Below are positions 50,997 through 64,000 of a DNA stretch of 64,000 nt, one piece after another. The notes under the pieces are model-generated. The model worked only from the letters and a program-made list of their open reading frames with translations, was not told the origin of the DNA and ran no database searches. This DNA comes from Octopus sinensis. Its lineage: Eukaryota. The stretch covers positions 76,570,001 through 76,634,000 of the forward strand of contig NC_043001.1 of the NCBI RefSeq assembly GCF_006345805.1, written 5' to 3'. Each line of letters starts with the position of its first letter. Position 1 is the stretch's first letter. A program made the position numbers and the translations under genes.

Positions 50997-51146
50997 GTGT
51001 GTGTGTGTGTGTGTGTGTGTGGTGCGTGTACATATATATAGACAAGTTATTTTATTCTACACAGATAGAAATATAGGAAAAATAGAAGTGCATTATCAAC
51101 TTCTATTTGTTCCTGTACACACACACACACATATGCGTGTGTGTTG

Positions 51147-51260
<114 letters not shown>

Positions 51261-51317
51261 ATATATATATTATATATATATATATCTATATATATACCTA
51301 TATAATATATATATATA

Positions 51318-51360
<43 letters not shown>

Positions 51361-51361
<1 letters not shown>

Positions 51362-51520
51362 GAGTTGTGTTCTTGAGCAAAACACTTTATTTCACGTTGC
51401 TCCAGTCCACTCAACTGGCAAAATGAGTAACGCTGCGATAGACTGGCGTCCCGTCCAGCTGGAGAACACATACGCCATTGAAACCGGGCCCATGGGCTAG
51501 GCTTTAAAAGGGCGCATTTA
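51361..51520 (+). mobile_element. SINE group C, 5'-truncated at (AT)n
   Basis: gttgtgttcttgagcaaaacactttatttcacgttgctcc..taaaagggcgcatttattatt. Confidence 0.88.
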
Positions 51521-52309
51521 TTATTATATACATCTCCGGCATCTTTCAGTTTCCGTCTACGAAATCCACTCACAAGGCTTTGGTCGGCTCAAGGTTATAT
51601 ATCGGAATTTACTGTTAAAAACTATTGCACGCATTCACACTGTCACACATCACATATATATCTATAACATGAAGCTTGAAATTTTAGAGAAAATTATGTG
51701 ACATTTCTCATTATGTATGAGTGTACGTCTACCAATTTTTCGTTTTTACATTAAATTCTGATATAATCGCAATCTGTACCATCTGAAAGTTATTTGTAGA
51801 AAATTTCATTAAAAAATACCAATTTTTGTGTAAGTCATGAAGAAACAAAATCGACACTTGTGACACTTGTGAATTATCCAAAACTCCTCCCCGCATCCCA
51901 CCAAAATATTTCATAACAAAATTCCGATCTAATCAGAATCTATACCTTCTGAAAAGTATTTGTAGAAATTTTTATTTTAAGTTATGAGGAAGGGGGAGAC
52001 ACGCATGAGTAGGTATGCATCTTTTGAAGCTGTAGGCTGACACTCAAAACAAAAGTATTGATATTACAGGTTGTTGTGCTATCAATGATATTCTCGACAC
52101 GAATGCTATGGACAAGATGCCAGGTCTCACTTTTTTGTCTCCAAAGGTTACTCCAACGTCATAAATCCAAAACAATAAATCTCGCCCAAACAAAGCTTCT
52201 TAGGATTCAGGCCACTTTATAATATGTAATACTTATTCATTCTCATTATTTTGAATTAATCAAGCATTTTCTCGGAGATTTCGATGAAGCGATTGTTTAT
52301 TTGTAGAAC

Positions 52310-52413
<104 letters not shown>

Positions 52414-52419
52414 TTTTAT

Positions 52420-52950
<531 letters not shown>

Positions 52951-52963
52951 AGCTACTCCTGCA

Positions 52964-53061
<98 letters not shown>

Positions 53062-53354
53062 TGTATGTATGTATGTATGTATTATGTATGTATGTATGTA
53101 TGTATGTATGTATGTGTGTGTGTGTTGCGTGCGTGCGTGCGAGCGTGCGTGCGTGCGTGCGTGCGTGCGTGTGTGTATGTGTGAATGTATATATATATAT
53201 ATATATATATATAGATATATATGTATATATTCCGTCGAGTCATAGGACTCACAAGACCATTAACCGGTTTCCTTGGCGCATAAGTCACCGAGATCACATT
53301 TTCTCAGGAGGGAACGCTGGACTTTGCTGGGTTAAAAGCCAGGAATTTTAAGGA

Positions 53355-53540
53355 GATATAAGAAGTCGGGTACATCACTCCCAGTACTTGACTGATACTT
53401 ATTTTATCGGAACACCCGCGCCACAAAGAATAAAAGGCAAAGTTGACCTCGATGTATTAGAACTCAGAAAGTAAAAATCAGGAAAAAATACTGCTAAGCA
53501 TTTTGTTCGACGCGCTAACGAGTCTGCCAACTCGCCGCCG
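53355..53540 (-). mobile_element. SINE group A
   Basis: aaaggcaaagttgacctcg..ctaagcattttgttcgacgcgctaacgagtctgccaactcgccgcc. Confidence 0.8.
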
Positions 53541-54734
53541 AGCTTCTTACATCTAGTATACATTTAAACTGGACGTTAAATTAATAGTTTAATCTCAATC
53601 AACCCTGATCAAGCAGATCAGGTCAAAGATGTCACTTACACGGCCTATCATATCGAATATCTAAAACTACATCATCCAGTAGTGTAGTTCGGGGTTGCAG
53701 GTGGAGATTTGGTTGTTGTATCTAGCAAGTCGAGTTGCGATAGAGAAGTACACTTTTAAGCTCCCCTGGCTTGTGCTGAATAGTGTGAAAATTACGAAAA
53801 ACTTCCAATACGAAAAACTTGGTGTACACGGAGAATTCACTGTTGTCACTGTCTAAACAGTGTATGGTGCTTCAAAGTGAATAGAAAGGAAGGAATGAGG
53901 GAAGGAAGGAAGGATGGAAAGCGATGAAAGCGGTGCGAAAAATCTTAGCATCTTGAAAGGATTTCCGTCGTAAGAGAGAAAGCTTTGATCACTGAACTGT
54001 AGTAATGAAACTGCATGAGGACAGCACAGCATACGCGTGCGCGCACACACACACATATACACACACATACATAATACACTACAATATCAAAAGGTTGCCA
54101 CAAATCTCTCTATATACACACACATATACACATGTAGTATAAATTTAATATATATTATATATTGTAGATATATACTGTCGAATAGATTTATGCATACATA
54201 ACCCCACCCCATATATATATAGATGTAGTGTAAATTTAATACATATATATATTGCAGTTATATATTGTCGAATAGATTTATTCACACGTATACCTCGTGT
54301 ATGATATATCTATATTACTATAATTATCATATGTGTATGCATACAAACAAAAAAATGAGTGTGTGTGTGTGTGCGTGCGTGTGTGTGTGTGTGCGTGTGT
54401 ATGTGTGTGTGTGTGTGTTACATAAGCGGTGAACTGGGGAAAAAACGTTTCAAAAACCGAACGGCTTTTCGGTATTTGGTCTGGCTCTCTGTTGCGTGAC
54501 TTCGATTTGATGATAAATTGTGAGTTCAAACCAAGGCTAACGTCAACTTTGCCTTTTGGGGGCTCGATAAAAGAAAGGTTCTCGAGTGTGTTTAGTGCAG
54601 GAGTTCAAGCTCTCGGAATCATTTTGAACCGGGATTCCGGTTTCGGGATATCTTTCGCGCTTCATTTTACTAATCTCGGCGTTCCTCTTAAGGAATAAAA
54701 TAACCATGGCTAATCTCCTTCCCTCCTCGAATAA

Positions 54735-55065
54735 AACTGTATGTATGTATGTATGTATGTATGTATGTATGTATGTATGTATGTATGTATGTATGTATGC
54801 ATGCATGCATGCATGCATGCATGTATGTATGTATGTATGTATGTATGCATGTGTGTATGTATGTATGTATGTATGTATGTATGTATGTATGTATGCATGC
54901 ATGCATGCATGCATGCATGCATGTATGCATGTATGTATGTATGCATGTGTGTGTGTATGTATGTATGTATGTATGTATGTATCTATCTTTCCTTCTTTCG
55001 TCTTTCTATTTTCTGTCTGTCTGTTTGTCTATCTATCACTCTATCTATCTATCTATCTATCTATA

Positions 55066-55134
<69 letters not shown>

Positions 55135-55135
55135 G

Positions 55136-55231
<96 letters not shown>

Positions 55232-55356
55232 CCTGCCTGTCTGTCTATCTGTCTGTCTGTCAGTGTGTATGTATGTATTATGTATGTATGTATGTATGTA
55301 TGTATGTATGTATGTATGTATGTATGTATGTACGTATGAACGTACGTACGTACGTA
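54735..55356. repeat. Compound tetranucleotide microsatellite (TATG, CATG, TCTA, TACG)
   Basis: Read directly; source of the ORFs of about 200 aa here. Confidence 0.95.
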
Positions 55357-56025
55357 CGAAGGCGGGCTGAAAAGTTCATTGACTGATTATGAAGGAGTGA
55401 TGCTAGAGCTGTAAAATCCTGCATGCATTAATTTCAACACTTCTTATTGATAACTGCATTATCTCTTTCCAGGTAAACTGACATCTGACGGCCCAAAGAA
55501 CAATTCATTAGTAACTAGTAGCAGCTTTTCTTGAATATCGACAAAATTTGGTATCGTGGTGTTATCCTGCAGGAAAAGGGTTTAGCCTCCAAGGACATTC
55601 ATGGTGACATGGTTGCTACATTAGGAGATGATGCTCCGGTTTTATCAACAATGCAAAAATGGGTAGCTGAATTTACGAGGGTAAGAGGATATCTTGAAGA
55701 TCACCCAAGGTTTGGACGTCCTACAATTCCAACCAGCGAGGAAAACATTGATCACGATCGCCAATAAATCATCTACCATCGGTTCCCCTACATGAAAAAG
55801 CATTTGGCTGGGAAGCAGTATCGCAATGATGATGACGTCAAATCTACTTCTGAAGGCTATTTTGACCAACAGGATTAAATCTTCTTCACCAACAGGATCC
55901 AGTCATTGAAACACCGACGGAAGAAATGAGTGGACCGTAAGGGAGAGTATGTTGAAAAATAAACCTCATTTGGTCACATTCCATGAGAGTATTTTGGTCA
56001 GCCTATAAACTTCAGCTATCTTTCG
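55357..56025 (+). mobile_element. Internally deleted mariner element
   Basis: Left TIR (TA)CGAAGGCGGGCTGAAAAGTTCAT, decayed right TIR. N-terminal HTH (DKIWYRGVI..KWVAEF..LEDHPRFGRP) is joined to the C-terminus (KKHLAGKQY..VDRKGEYVEK*); the catalytic domain is absent. Confidence 0.9.
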
Positions 56026-56119
56026 TCTGTCTGTCTGTCTGTCTGTGTGTTTGTATGTATATACATTCACTGAAAAGTAGTTTTTCAACCCAATATTTAT
56101 ACATTATTATTTTTAGCTT

Positions 56120-56420
56120 TGTGGATGCGCAATGGCCCAGTGGCTAGGACAGTGGACTCGCGGTTTTAGGATCGCGGTTTCGATTCCCAGACTAGACATT
56201 GTGAGTGTTTATTGAACGAAAACACCTAAAAGATCCACGAGGCTACGGCAAAGGGTGGTGGCGATCCCTGCTGTACTCTTTCGCCACAATTTTCTCTCAC
56301 GCTTTCTTCTGTTGGCCTGCACGCTAAGCCAGCGGGGTGGCGTCATTTGAAGGCTAAAACAATGCGAAGCGCATTGTGACTAGCGATGTGTTGCAACATC
56401 TGATAGCCTGGTCGGTCACG
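56120..56420 (+). mobile_element. SINE with the 23384-type head and the 41860-type tail
   Basis: Head gcgcaatggcccagtgg..ggtttcgattcccagac; tail gcgtcatttgaaggctaaaacaatgc..ggtcggtcacg. Confidence 0.85.
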
Positions 56421-56878
56421 GTGATCAAGGTGATTTTTAACTTTATTTACTTCGAGGTCCATCATTAAAAACAAATTCTTGCATGTCTCTCAGAGTTTCT
56501 AAATTCCAATTATTAAAGCATGTAGTTTTTAAAGAAATATTTTGAGCGTTTTCTTGCATGGCTATGAAACGTAAACTGTATATACAAAAATTGCCTATCA
56601 ATAGGAGCGTTTTTAGTAATAATGTCTGGCAAATTATCTTGGTGTGACTATGTCAGTAGTAATGTTAAAGTTTTAAAGTTGGTAAATGCTGAAGGCATAG
56701 AAGTTACCTAGCGACAAAGCTGACTGAGAATGATACATTTCGATTGAAGGATGAGAAAATTTCAAGGCGTTACTCTATAGAGAGCTATGTTGTAGGAAAT
56801 GACGTTGTTTTACAAAACGAGGTTAAGATACAAAGACGGACTTTAATGTGATATTAAACATAAATAATATTAATAATA

Positions 56879-56927
<49 letters not shown>

Positions 56928-56950
56928 CGACGATGACGATGATGATGATG

Positions 56951-57464
56951 AAGCACACTCCAGAAAAGGTCACAGAAAATAGGAAAGCAACAATACTCTG
57001 GGATATGTCAATACACACAGATAGAAAAATTAAAAGGCCAACAGACAGGATATAGTTGTCAGAGATCACCGAGAAAAAAAATTGCTTTCTAATCAATGTA
57101 TCAATACCAACAGATGACAATGTTTCTCTAAAAGAAATGGAGAAACTTTCAAAATACAATGATCTAGAAATAGAGGTAACTCGAATGTGGAGGCTAAAAA
57201 CAGAAACAATTATTATTATAGTAGGTGCATTAGGTATGACAGAAAAAAAAAACATTCAGACAAATACATAGCAAAAACACCAGGACTTACAAGTATAAAT
57301 AACATACAGAAAATAGCACTACTAGGCACCACACACATCCTACTTAAAACACTTTCTATTACTACAATCAAAGTAAGAACACCACAACAAACCACAGTAC
57401 ATACCCAAGGCACACAGAGCTGCGCTTGGTAGCGTAGTGAAAGCATATGATAAAAATAAGACTA

Positions 57465-57467
<3 letters not shown>
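56951..57467 (+). mobile_element. R4/Dong-like LINE 3' fragment + 3'UTR
   Basis: ILWDMSIHTD..NRQDIV..INVSIPTD..KEMEKLSKYNDLEIEVTRMW..IVGALG; flanked by (AAT)/(GAT)n and (AAT)n. Confidence 0.9.
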
Positions 57468-57538
<71 letters not shown>

Positions 57539-57721
57539 TAATAATAATGATAATGATAATAATAATAATAATATAGATGCAGGTACGGTTGTGTCGTTTA
57601 GAAGCTCACTTAACAACCATGTGGTTTCAGGTTCAGTCGGATAGCGCGGCACCTTAGGGAAATGTTTTCTACTCTGGCCGACCAATAATAATAATAATAA
57701 TAATAAAATAATAATAATAAT

Positions 57722-57972
57722 GATAAAGGTTGTGCCTATAACAATTGGCGCATTGGGAACTTTGAGAAAAGATAAGGGCAAATGGTTGAAGGAGATTGGA
57801 ATAGAATGTAGAGCTTCTACAGAAAGTTTGCCTCTTAGAGACAGGAAAGATTATCAGGAGGGTTTTAAGCACTTGAAAGACAAATGAGGGATTGTGGATA
57901 CCTAAGGTTACAGGTAGTAACCCGCTACCCACACAAATTCTACCAGGAATAAGGAAGAACCTGAGTCAAATC
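57722..57972 (+). mobile_element. Short R4/Dong-like 3' end, different subfamily
   Basis: IKVVPITIGALGT..WLKEIGIE..LQKVCLLETGKIIRRVL; (AAT)n on both sides. Confidence 0.8.
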
Positions 57973-58030
57973 AATAATAATAATGATGGTGATGAGGGGG
58001 GGAGGAAGAGGAGGAGGAGGAGGAGGAGGA

Positions 58031-58251
58031 TAATAATGATTCTTTCTGCTATAGGCAAAAGCCTGAAGTTTTGAGGGTAGGGTTCTAGTCAGTTGCATCG
58101 TCCCAGTACTCGACTGGTAATTATTTTATCGACCCCAGAAGAATGAAAGGCAAATTGGACCCGGAGGAGTTTGAACTCAAAACGTAAAGACGGACGAAAT
58201 GCCGCTAAGCATTTCGCCCGGCGTGCTAACAATTCTGCCAGCTAGCCGCCT
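58031..58251 (-). mobile_element. SINE group A, full length
   Basis: Minus-strand head aggcggctagctggcagaattgttagcacgccgggcgaaatgc. Confidence 0.9.
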
Positions 58252-58253
58252 AA

Positions 58254-58650
58254 ATATAGATGCAGGTACGGTTGTGTCGTTTAGAAGCTCACTTAACAAC
58301 CATGTGGTTTCAGGTTCAGTCGGATAGCGCGGCACCGTAGGGAAATGTTTTCTACTCTGGCCGACCAATGCCTTGTGAGTGAATTTGTAAGACGGAAACT
58401 CTGTGGAAGCCAATCGTAGATATATATGTATGTGTGTGTGTGTTTGTGTGTGTATATATATGTGTTTGTTCCCCGGCACTCCAGCATTGGTTTGTTTACG
58501 CCGGCATAACTTTAGCGGTTTGATAAAAGGATTGATAGATAAGTACTGGTGATAAATAAGTACTTGTTCGACTAAACTTTCCAAGACGGTGCGCCATCAT
58601 GGCTGCAGTCCAATGACTGAAACAAGTATAGGATAAAAGATAAAAGATAT
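58254..58650 (+). mobile_element. SINE group B whose first 116 bp are duplicated at 57571-57686
   Basis: The two copies differ at one position (accTtaggg vs accGtaggg). Confidence 0.88.
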
Positions 58651-59030
58651 ATCGCTAGATAAATGTCGAAATATTAGGAATAAAAACACGCTCGATTTCC
58701 TTTGTAGATAATGTAAGAAGCGTGCTCGGGTAACCGAATTTAATATTAAAAATATAATCTAATATTCGCTGTTAGAATGAGCTGGTATAATAACCATACG
58801 AATAATCACTTTACCGAAAATAATTCACATGTGCAAAGCCATTAGGAGATGTGCTCAATAGAAATGAAAAAAAATGAAAAATAAATAGATGGTTTAGAGC
58901 AATAATGAATTGTTATGTAAATACAGCTAAATTAATGAGACTTTTCAACGTGGAACTATATATTGAAGTAAGTTCAATAACAATCTAAAGATATTAGCTT
59001 TAGAGGAATAATATATATATATATATATAT

Positions 59031-59460
59031 AGGCGCAGGAGCGGCTGCGAGGTAAAAAGGTGGCTTCCCAACCACGTGGTTCCAGGTTCAGTCCCAGTGC
59101 GCGGCATCTTGGGCAAGTGTCGTTTACTATAGCTTCGGGCCAACCAAAGCTTCTGAGTGGATTTGGTAGATGGAAACTGAAAGAAGCTAGTCGTATATGT
59201 GTGTGTGTGTGTGGTGTGTGTGTGTGTGTGTGTGTTTATGTATGCGTGTCTTTGTGTCTGTGCTTGTCCCCCTACCATCGCTTGACAACCGATAATGGTG
59301 TGTTTATGTCCCCGTAACTTAGCAGCTCGGAAGATAAAACCGATAGAATAAGTACCAGGCTTACAAAGAATAAGTTCAGGGTTCGATTTCTTCAACTAAA
59401 AGGCGATGCTCCAGCGTGGCCTCAGTCAAATGACTTAAACAAGTATAAGAATAAGAGCAT
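59031..59460 (+). mobile_element. SINE group B, full length
   Basis: Head aggcgcaggagcggctg, tail aaatgacttaaacaagtataag. Confidence 0.9.
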
Positions 59461-59466
59461 AAAAGA

Positions 59467-59511
<45 letters not shown>

Positions 59512-60080
59512 TACACACACATACACATATACGCACACACAGAGACACATACACACATAAGTACAGCTGAATTAAAGAAACACTTCAACGGGAGGGTATA
59601 TTGAAATAAATAAAAGTCAAAACTTGAAGAGCACATGGTTCTTTCATCAATACTAATAAAGACAAGATCGTGTCACAGACGACATAAAACACTCTTTATC
59701 TATATACATATAAAACTGAGAATTTCTGTCTGTCTGTCTGTCTGGTATCTGTATGTGTGCATCACTAAAACTTAAGAACTACCCAACAGATTTCATTCAA
59801 ATTTTACACATTCACTACTTAGGGTCCAAAGAATGTCATGGGCCAAAACAATTTTCAAATTTTTGCTTAATGCAAGCCCAGAGTGTTTCCGTATTACGTG
59901 TCAAAGTGAAACAATAACATCTCTATTGTAATGTGATTTCAGTTTTAATAGTTTTACTATTAATACTTTCACTATGTATATCTTATATACATCATTTTTT
60001 ATATTTAGATGTATACATGCATAAATATGTATATATATATCTATATATATATATATATATATAATATATATATATATATA

Positions 60081-60470
60081 CTAGCAGTATCGCCCGGCGT
60101 TGCTCGGGTTTGTAAGAAATAATTATATAAGCATTTTTAGAGATGTAAAGTATAATAGCCATCTCAATATGGCTAACCACAAAGGGGGAGGGGTGTTACT
60201 GTAGCTTTTTACGTTTGAGATTTAATAATAAATTTTAGAGAGTTACTTCCCTTATATATGTCAAAAATGGATTAAAAATGGGAAAAAATTGATGGTAAAT
60301 TTTTTTTAAATCGTAGACTCATCGTAGACGCGCGCTAATACCCAGACGGTCTCGATATGAATCACGACTATAAGATACCCGGTTTGGTTAAACTGCCACG
60401 CAATATGTGGGAGTAGTTAGGAATCTAAATCGTAGGAGACAGACACAAACCTCACTTTTATATATAAAGA
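60081..60470 (-). mobile_element. Helitron family H1, short variant
   Basis: CTAGcagtatcgcccggcgttgctcggg at the left end; ttttatatataaaGA|T at the right. Confidence 0.85.
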
Positions 60471-60588
60471 TTTCTCTATTTACATAATATTGAGGTCTCT
60501 TTCTTTCTTTTGTTATCTACTGTTTTTACCAATATACATATATATATATAGATATAAATATATATATAGTTACAGAGATGTACTTGCA

Positions 60589-60900
60589 TAGCAAGTGACT
60601 TGACTGAGATCGTGTGCTGGAACGAAAACAGTTGCAGCGTTGAAGGTGTTTATAAGCCATTTAAGAAACACACAAAAACCGTTAGATTCACTTCAACATT
60701 TAAATTTAATTTGTCAAAATATTTTCATCGCTTTGAGACCGCGACCTGTTAGCACGATATTTTTGTCAGTGAACAGGTAGCGGTCTCAAAGCGACGAAAA
60801 TATTTTGGCAAATTAAATTAAATTAAATGTTGAGTGTGAATGTGAATGTAACGGTTTTGGTTGTTTCTTAAATGGCTTACAAACACCTTCCACGCTGCAA
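60589..60900. mobile_element. Fold-back element, probably derived from a Penelope-like terminal repeat
   Basis: Inverted arms 60632-60750 and 60772-60900 with a 21-nt spacer; both arms carry hammerhead motifs. Confidence 0.65.
60762..60812 (+). ncRNA. Minimal type I hammerhead ribozyme with G3-C8 core variant
   Basis: tttgtca | GTGAACA g | gtagc-ggtctcaaa-gcgac | GAAA atat T T | tggcaaa. Stem I 7 bp (one G-U), stem II 4 of 5 bp, palindromic stem III AATATT. Confidence 0.65.
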
Positions 60901-61235
60901 TATATATATACACACATATATATATGTATGTATGTATGTATGTGTGTAATATGGTATGCATGTATGTGTGTTGTGTGCGTGTCTGTGCTTGTGATTGTCC
61001 TCTTGACAACGAATGGTTGGTTTGTTTACATCCCTGTCACCTAGTGGTTGGACAAAGGAAACAGATAGAATAAGTACAATGCTTACAAAAATAAAACGAG
61101 TTGATTCATTAAACTACAATTCTTCAAGGCATTGCCCCAGCATGGCCACAGACCAATGGCTGGAAAAAGCAGAAGATAAAAGAATACATTCTCTGCTTTG
61201 GTCTTATGTTCAAGGCATGAGAAAGCTTGAGTTTA

Positions 61236-61510
61236 CATGAGAAGGCCTAACAGACCTGGTAGAAACAGCAGCCAAATCTCCCTCAAATCACACTACTGTC
61301 TTATGTATGTATATATATATGAGCCAAGAGGGGGACCTCTACATGGTAGCTAGACCTGGTAGAAATAGCAGCCAAATTTCCCAAATCACACCTTAATGTC
61401 TTATCTATGTATATATGTATGTATGAGCCTATGAGGGAGACCCCTACATGGAGCTAGACCTGGTAGAAATAGCAGCCAAATCTCCCTCAAATCACACCTT
61501 ACGTCTTATC
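61236..61510 (+). repeat. Three tandem ~95-105-bp units of a dispersed repeat
   Basis: gacctggtagaaa(t/c)agcagccaaat..caaatcacac occurs three times; related single copies near 5075, 11800 and 18195. Confidence 0.8.
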
Positions 61511-61744
61511 TTTCTGCTACTTGGATATAGTGTTATATTCGTCGTAAAAAACTTCCTGTCACACACTCACGGCACACGCACACACACACACACACACACA
61601 CGCACCCTCACACACAACACACCGGCGCACCCACCACACCACCCACTCACACACACGCACGTTAGCTTACAATTTATTATATATGCGTGTCTATGTGTGG
61701 AAAGTGGAAGTGGGAGGCAGAGTGAAAGAATCACTCACTACAGT

Positions 61745-62017
61745 AAGTCAATTACTTTCATTATTCGTTGCCCACTGTGTGTATGCGTTTGCGTGTGCTG
61801 TAAACCAGACTAAGAAAAGCATTTGACACACACACCAGAATGTGAGTTTTCTGTAAATTTGCTTAATTGGAGTTTAAATTTAAAAAACTGGACCTGGCAT
61901 GACGCGATGCATTGTACTCTTAAAAATGCAAGGTAAATGTAATTGAAGAAATGCTATATTGTAGATTGTATAACTCCCAAAGGGAGGCAGATAAAATCTG
62001 CCTTTTATAATAAGAGA
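61745..62017 (-). mobile_element. Helitron-like family H3, copy 2
   Basis: Reverse complement of 30020-30290. Confidence 0.55.
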
Positions 62018-62169
62018 TTCTATTACTATATATATGATGTCTGACTCCATTGTGTATTATAAATGAACTATCTTTTTTTATATATAACTTTTTTTGATAA
62101 GGTTCATTTCAGGAACTGAAACATGTTATAATGTATATATAAAATAAAAAATTGTATAATATAGCAGCA

Positions 62170-62191
62170 TTTTCGAACTCATTTTTTACAA

Positions 62192-62240
<49 letters not shown>

Positions 62241-62687
62241 CCATATATACGTGTGTATATTACGTGTTGTGGTGTGTGTGGTATATACATTTATGTATAC
62301 ATATACATATGTATATATACATACATATATATATATGTATATATACATAATATACATATATATGTATATATATGTACATATATACATGTAGATATATATA
62401 TATATACATATGCATACATATATATATGTATATATACATATATGTATATATATATGAACATATATACATGTATATATACATATATATACATGTATATATA
62501 CATAGATATATATCTGTATATACATTCATATCTATGTATATACACATATATATGTGTGCATATATATATGCATATATATACATGGACATATGGTATGCAT
62601 ATATAATTATATATATGTATATATACATGGATATATATATACATATATACATGTATACATGTATATATATGTATATATATGTAATAG

Positions 62688-62723
<36 letters not shown>

Positions 62724-62733
62724 ATATATAATG

Positions 62734-62764
<31 letters not shown>

Positions 62765-62772
62765 TTATATAT

Positions 62773-62821
<49 letters not shown>

Positions 62822-62858
62822 ATGTGTGTGTGTGTATATATATATATACACACACAAC

Positions 62859-62890
<32 letters not shown>

Positions 62891-62985
62891 CATATACACA
62901 CACATATGTATATATATATATAAAATATATATATATATATATAATAATAATAAATATAAAAACATGCATATATACATACATATAT
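62170..62985. repeat. Long (AT)/(ATAC)/(GT) compound microsatellite
   Basis: Read directly. Confidence 0.95.
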
Positions 62986-63215
62986 GTATGTACCTACCTC
63001 TACATGTATATATACATGCATAAATGGGTACATAAATGGGAACATAAACACAAAACCAAGGAAACGGACATTTTTCTTAAACAACGAGAAAATAGAGTAC
63101 AGGAGATACAAAACAAGAAAAATTCCCCTTCTTCAGTCGCCTTTGTTTCATCTACTCCACGTTTCGAAGGTCAAGGCGATACATGACTTTAATGAAACTT
63201 CCTTCCCGCGAAAAT
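62985..63215. repeat. Repeat family X, copy 3 (partial)
   Basis: gtacctacctctacatgta..ccccttcttcagtcgc..ccttcccgcgaaaa. Confidence 0.75.
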
Positions 63216-63216
63216 C

Positions 63217-63249
<33 letters not shown>

Positions 63250-63250
<1 letters not shown>

Positions 63251-63530
63251 TATAGCCTCAGGCCCACCAAAGCCTTGTGAGTGGATCTTGTACACGGAAA
63301 CTGAAAAAAAACTGTCGTATATATGTGTATATTTGTGTGTGTGTGTTTGTGTGTTTGTGTGTTTGTGTATTTGTACCCCCACCAACGCTTGACAAACGAT
63401 GTTTGGCAGAATACACAGATAGAATACGTACTAGGCTTACAAGAATAAATCCTGGGGTCTGTTTCTTCGACTAAAGGCGATGCTCCAGCATGGATGCAGT
63501 CACATGACCGAAACAAGTAAAAGAATAAAA
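63250..63530 (+). mobile_element. SINE group B, 5'-truncated
   Basis: ctatagcctcaggcccaccaaagccttgtgagtgg..atgaccgaaacaagtaaaag. Confidence 0.88.
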
Positions 63531-63908
63531 AAAGTATGCTATTTTAATCCTGAGCAACGCCGGGTATCTCTGCTTGTAAGATATAAAGATATAAAGCATA
63601 TTTTATTGTATTGTCTGATTTCATTTTTAATTAACTCATCGTTTCATTTACAATTTAAACGTTTTTTCTTATTTAATATATTATCATATTATTGCTATAA
63701 ACTTCTATTTTTTTTCTGTTTTGTCGCACTGTGCAAAAGAAATATTCTATTTAATTCTACAGCATACACCCATACGCACATACATACATACACACATACA
63801 TATATACATACACATACATACATACATACATACGTATATACATACACATATACATATATACATATATACATACATACATACAACATACATACATACATAC
63901 ATACATAA

Positions 63909-63939
<31 letters not shown>

Positions 63940-64000
63940 CAATTCTACCTGTCGACTGTTCGAAACATCTAACGAAAATCTGGTAATGTAATCACGTAAT

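Noticed and set aside
53640-53660. 21-nt minus-strand microexon (ttttag|..|gtaagt)
   Set aside because: Weak pyrimidine tract; such motifs are expected by chance in 64 kb.
54625-54670. Minus-strand cccGAAACCGG hammerhead-like end
   Set aside because: No recognisable CUGANGA or stem II.

Overview
This is AT-rich, microsatellite-saturated eukaryotic DNA. The SINE and repeat make-up strongly suggests an octopus (coleoid cephalopod) genome, which is an inference from remembered repeat families, not a database result. I found no intact protein-coding gene, rRNA, functional tRNA or CRISPR array, and nearly all long ORFs in the track are translated microsatellites. The window is an intergenic or large-intron mosaic. 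It holds three tRNA-derived SINE groups (labelled A, B, C here), 5'-truncated R4/Dong-like, RTE and CR1/L2 LINE relics, a decayed gag-like ORF, mariner and Tc2/pogo MITEs, and several non-autonomous Helitrons. Highlights: (1) a near-intact minimal type-I hammerhead ribozyme at 60762-60812 with a swapped G3-C8 core, inside a ~270-bp fold-back; (2) a second hammerhead at 49157-49227 with a damaged stem II; (3) a 116-bp target-site duplication around a composite SINE+LINE-fragment insert (57571-58369); (4) a tRNA-like/SINE dimer inside one 9-bp TSD; (5) one target site duplicated twice by opposite-orientation SINEs; (6) exact head-to-tail Helitron junctions; (7) head/core/tail shuffling among SINEs. 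All alignments and folds were done by eye. TSD, TIR and ribozyme coordinates were counted base by base; boundaries of decayed repeats are approximate.
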